Shown piece after piece: positions 61,622 through 64,000 of a DNA stretch of 64,000 nt. Origin of the DNA: an uncultured cyanobacterium (GTDB taxonomy: Bacteria; Cyanobacteriota; Cyanobacteriia; Cyanobacteriales; CAWCAG01). The stretch covers positions 96,001 through 160,000 of the forward strand of contig CAWDOD010000007.1 of assembly GCA_963803805.1 (NCBI GenBank). The letters are read 5' to 3'. A model generated the notes under the pieces. It was not told the DNA's origin and made no database searches. It was given only the letters and a program-made list of their open reading frames with translations. Positions within the stretch are counted from its first letter, which is position 1; each line of letters begins with the position of its first letter. The translations under genes and the position numbers were made by a program.

Positions 61622-63295
61622 ATGCCAGAAAATACTAGAAGTCAAGCTATAACTAAAGGGGTTCAACGCACTCCTAATCGTGCCATGTTAAGAGCTGTGG
61701 GGTTTGGCGACAAGGATTTTATCAAGCCCATTGTGGGAGTTGCCAACGGTTACAGCACTTTGACTCCTTGTAACATTGGTTTGAACGATTTAGCTCTTAA
61801 GGTAGAGTCCGAACTTAAAAAGGTCGATGCTATGCCTTTAATGTTTGGCACTATTACAATCAGCGATGGCATTTCCATGGGGACTGAAGGGATGAAATAT
61901 TCCCTGGTTTCTCGTGAAGTGATTGCCGACTCCATTGAAACTGTTTGTCAAGGTCAAAGTATGGATGGGGTTTTGGCTATTGGCGGCTGTGATAAAAATA
62001 TGCCTGGGGCCACTATTGCGATCGCCAGAATGAACATTCCCGCTATTTTCGTTTATGGCGGTACGATTAAGCCCGGACACTACAACGGCAAGGATTTAAC
62101 CGTTGTAAGTGCTTTTGAAGCCGTAGGACAGTATAGTGCTGGGAAAATTGATGAAAAAGAGTTAACAGAGATTGAACGCAATGCCTGTCCTGGCGCAGGC
62201 TCCTGTGGTGGGATGTTTACTGCCAATACCATGTCCTCTGCTCTAGAAGCTATGGGTTTGAGCTTGCCCTACTCTTCAACTATGGCTGCTGAAGATGCAG
62301 AAAAGGCTGAAAGTGCAGAAAAATCAGCTTTTGTTTTAGTAGAAGCTATTCGTAAGCAAATCCTCCCAAGTCAACTTATGACTCGCAAGGGCTTTGAAAA
62401 TGCTATCTCAGTAATTATGGCGGTAGGAGGTTCTACCAATGCAGTACTTCATTTACTGGCGATTGCCCATAGCATTGGTGTAGAACTTTCCCTAGATGAT
62501 TTTGAAGTTATTCGCGCCCGTGTCCCAGTCCTTTGTGATCTCAAACCTTCCGGTCAGTATGTCACCACAAATTTACACGCTTCAGGGGGGATTCCCCAAG
62601 TAATGAAAATGTTGTTGGTTCATGATTTATTACACGGAGATGCTTTAACAATCACAGGAGAAACTGTTGCTGAAGTTTTAGCTGATGTACCTGACAATCC
62701 TCCTCAAAACCAAGATGTTATTCGTCAGTGGGATAACCCCCTTTATAACCAAGGACATTTAGCGATTTTAAAAGGTAATTTAGCTACAGAAGGTGCTGTG
62801 GCTAAAATTAGTGGTGTCAAGAAACCCCAAATTTCTGGCCCGGCGAGGGTTTTTGAATCGGAAGAAGAGTGTTTAGAGGCTATCTTGGCAGGAAAAATTC
62901 AGCCGGGAGATATTATTGTTGTCCGTTACGAAGGGCCTAAAGGTGGTCCGGGAATGCGAGAAATGCTGGCTCCCACCTCAGCAATTATTGGTGCTGGCTT
63001 AGGAGATTCTGTGGGCTTAATCACTGATGGTAGATTCTCCGGTGGAACCTATGGCTTGGTTGTTGGTCATGTAGCCCCAGAAGCGGCTGTGGGGGGTAAT
63101 ATTGCCTTGGTCAGGGAAGGAGACGAAATCACCATTGATGCCCCTTCTCGGTCACTAAAACTCAATATCCCAGAAGCAGAACTTACCCGTCGCCGTGGCG
63201 AATGGCAACCCCCCCAAGCCAAATATACAACTGGAGTTTTGGCTAAATATGCCAAATTAGTCTCTTCTAGCAGCATTGGGGCTGTCACAGATTAA
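61622..63295 (+). CDS. ilvD: Dihydroxy-acid dehydratase
   Basis: [45 protein letters not shown]. Confidence 0.97.
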   Translation: MPENTRSQAITKGVQRTPNRAMLRAVGFGDKDFIKPIVGVANGYSTLTPCNIGLNDLALKVESELKKVDAMPLMFGTITISDGISMGTEGMKYSLVSREVIADSIETVCQGQSMDGVLAIGGCDKNMPGATIAIARMNIPAIFVYGGTIKPGHYNGKDLTVVSAFEAVGQYSAGKIDEKELTEIERNACPGAGSCGGMFTANTMSSALEAMGLSLPYSSTMAAEDAEKAESAEKSAFVLVEAIRKQILPSQLMTRKGFENAISVIMAVGGSTNAVLHLLAIAHSIGVELSLDDFEVIRARVPVLCDLKPSGQYVTTNLHASGGIPQVMKMLLVHDLLHGDALTITGETVAEVLADVPDNPPQNQDVIRQWDNPLYNQGHLAILKGNLATEGAVAKISGVKKPQISGPARVFESEEECLEAILAGKIQPGDIIVVRYEGPKGGPGMREMLAPTSAIIGAGLGDSVGLITDGRFSGGTYGLVVGHVAPEAAVGGNIALVREGDEITIDAPSRSLKLNIPEAELTRRRGEWQPPQAKYTTGVLAKYAKLVSSSSIGAVTD

Positions 63296-63378
63296 GAATT
63301 GCTAACAGCTAACGGCTAATGGCTAATGGCTATTAGCCTTATTGAAGGAAAGTCTAGAGCCGATTTTTGATCTAAATT

Positions 63379-63834
63379 GTGAACGAAATATCTACAGAGC
63401 AAGGGGAGCAACAAAAAGCTTCACCCATTTCTTCTACTCAAAATTCTTTAGTTGAAGAAATAGAGGAGTTGGGACTAAATAAAATTGAGCGGCATATTTT
63501 TCTTTGTGCTGACCAAACTAAGCCTAAATGCTGCCCCAAAAAAAACAGCTTAGAAGCTTGGAATTATCTCAAAAAAAGATTAAAAGAATTAGGACTTGAG
63601 CAACCTACCGCAATCAAAAATCATTGTATTTTCCGTACTAAAGCTAATTGCTTGCGGGTATGCAGAGACGGACCAATTCTTTTAGTTTATCCTGATGGAG
63701 TTTGGTATCGTCATGCAACTCCAGAAGTCATAGAAAAAATCCTTCAAGAGCATATCCTTGGCAACACCATTGTTGAAGAATATGCCTTCTGTATTCATCC
63801 TTTAGAAGGTATCGCTAAAAAACGTAACATTTAG
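63379..63834 (+). CDS. Thioredoxin-like (2Fe-2S) ferredoxin
   Basis: RHIFLC...KCC, RTKANCLRVC, GPILLVYPDGVWY. Confidence 0.88.
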   Translation: MNEISTEQGEQQKASPISSTQNSLVEEIEELGLNKIERHIFLCADQTKPKCCPKKNSLEAWNYLKKRLKELGLEQPTAIKNHCIFRTKANCLRVCRDGPILLVYPDGVWYRHATPEVIEKILQEHILGNTIVEEYAFCIHPLEGIAKKRNI

Positions 63835-64000
63835 TCAGTAACTATTGCTATCTTAGGGCGAAATCACTTAGATACTTTATGCCTCTCTAGATTTTTTCAT
63901 GGTTGAAATTAGCTCCAAAAGAGGGAAAATTGACACACTAATCTACTCAGTCTCTATTCCCCCATAGCGAATGTAGCTATTTACTTTAAACTCTATAGTT

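Overview
AT-rich cyanobacterial chromosomal segment with abundant HIP1 (GCGATCGC). It carries housekeeping and photosynthesis genes (chlG, chlL/chlN, chlI, moeA, speE, ispF, ilvD, MlaF/MlaD-type ABC pair, M16 peptidase pair, comEC, cax, porin, tRNA-Ser(CGA)) interspersed with accessory loci. The accessory loci are two filamentous-haemagglutinin-type exoproteins (one with CHAT), an IS1 remnant followed by a tightly packed MNT-HEPN / kinase-ankyrin / ankyrin / kinase cluster, a Tat two-domain multicopper oxidase with a lipoprotein, and two adenylate cyclases. The main non-gene signals are: (i) nine 23-25 nt SDR5-like micro-insertions, seven of which split TGAT^CA exactly, plus two related ones at HIP1; (ii) a ~280-nt standalone transcript with a perfect extended Shine-Dalgarno and a 23-codon ORF; (iii) MITE/REP-like elements, one with 12-bp TIRs and a 7-bp TSD. 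Several genes carry single-base lesions (TGA in chlI, +1 frameshifts), which may be assembly errors. All calls come from reading motifs by eye; no searches were run.
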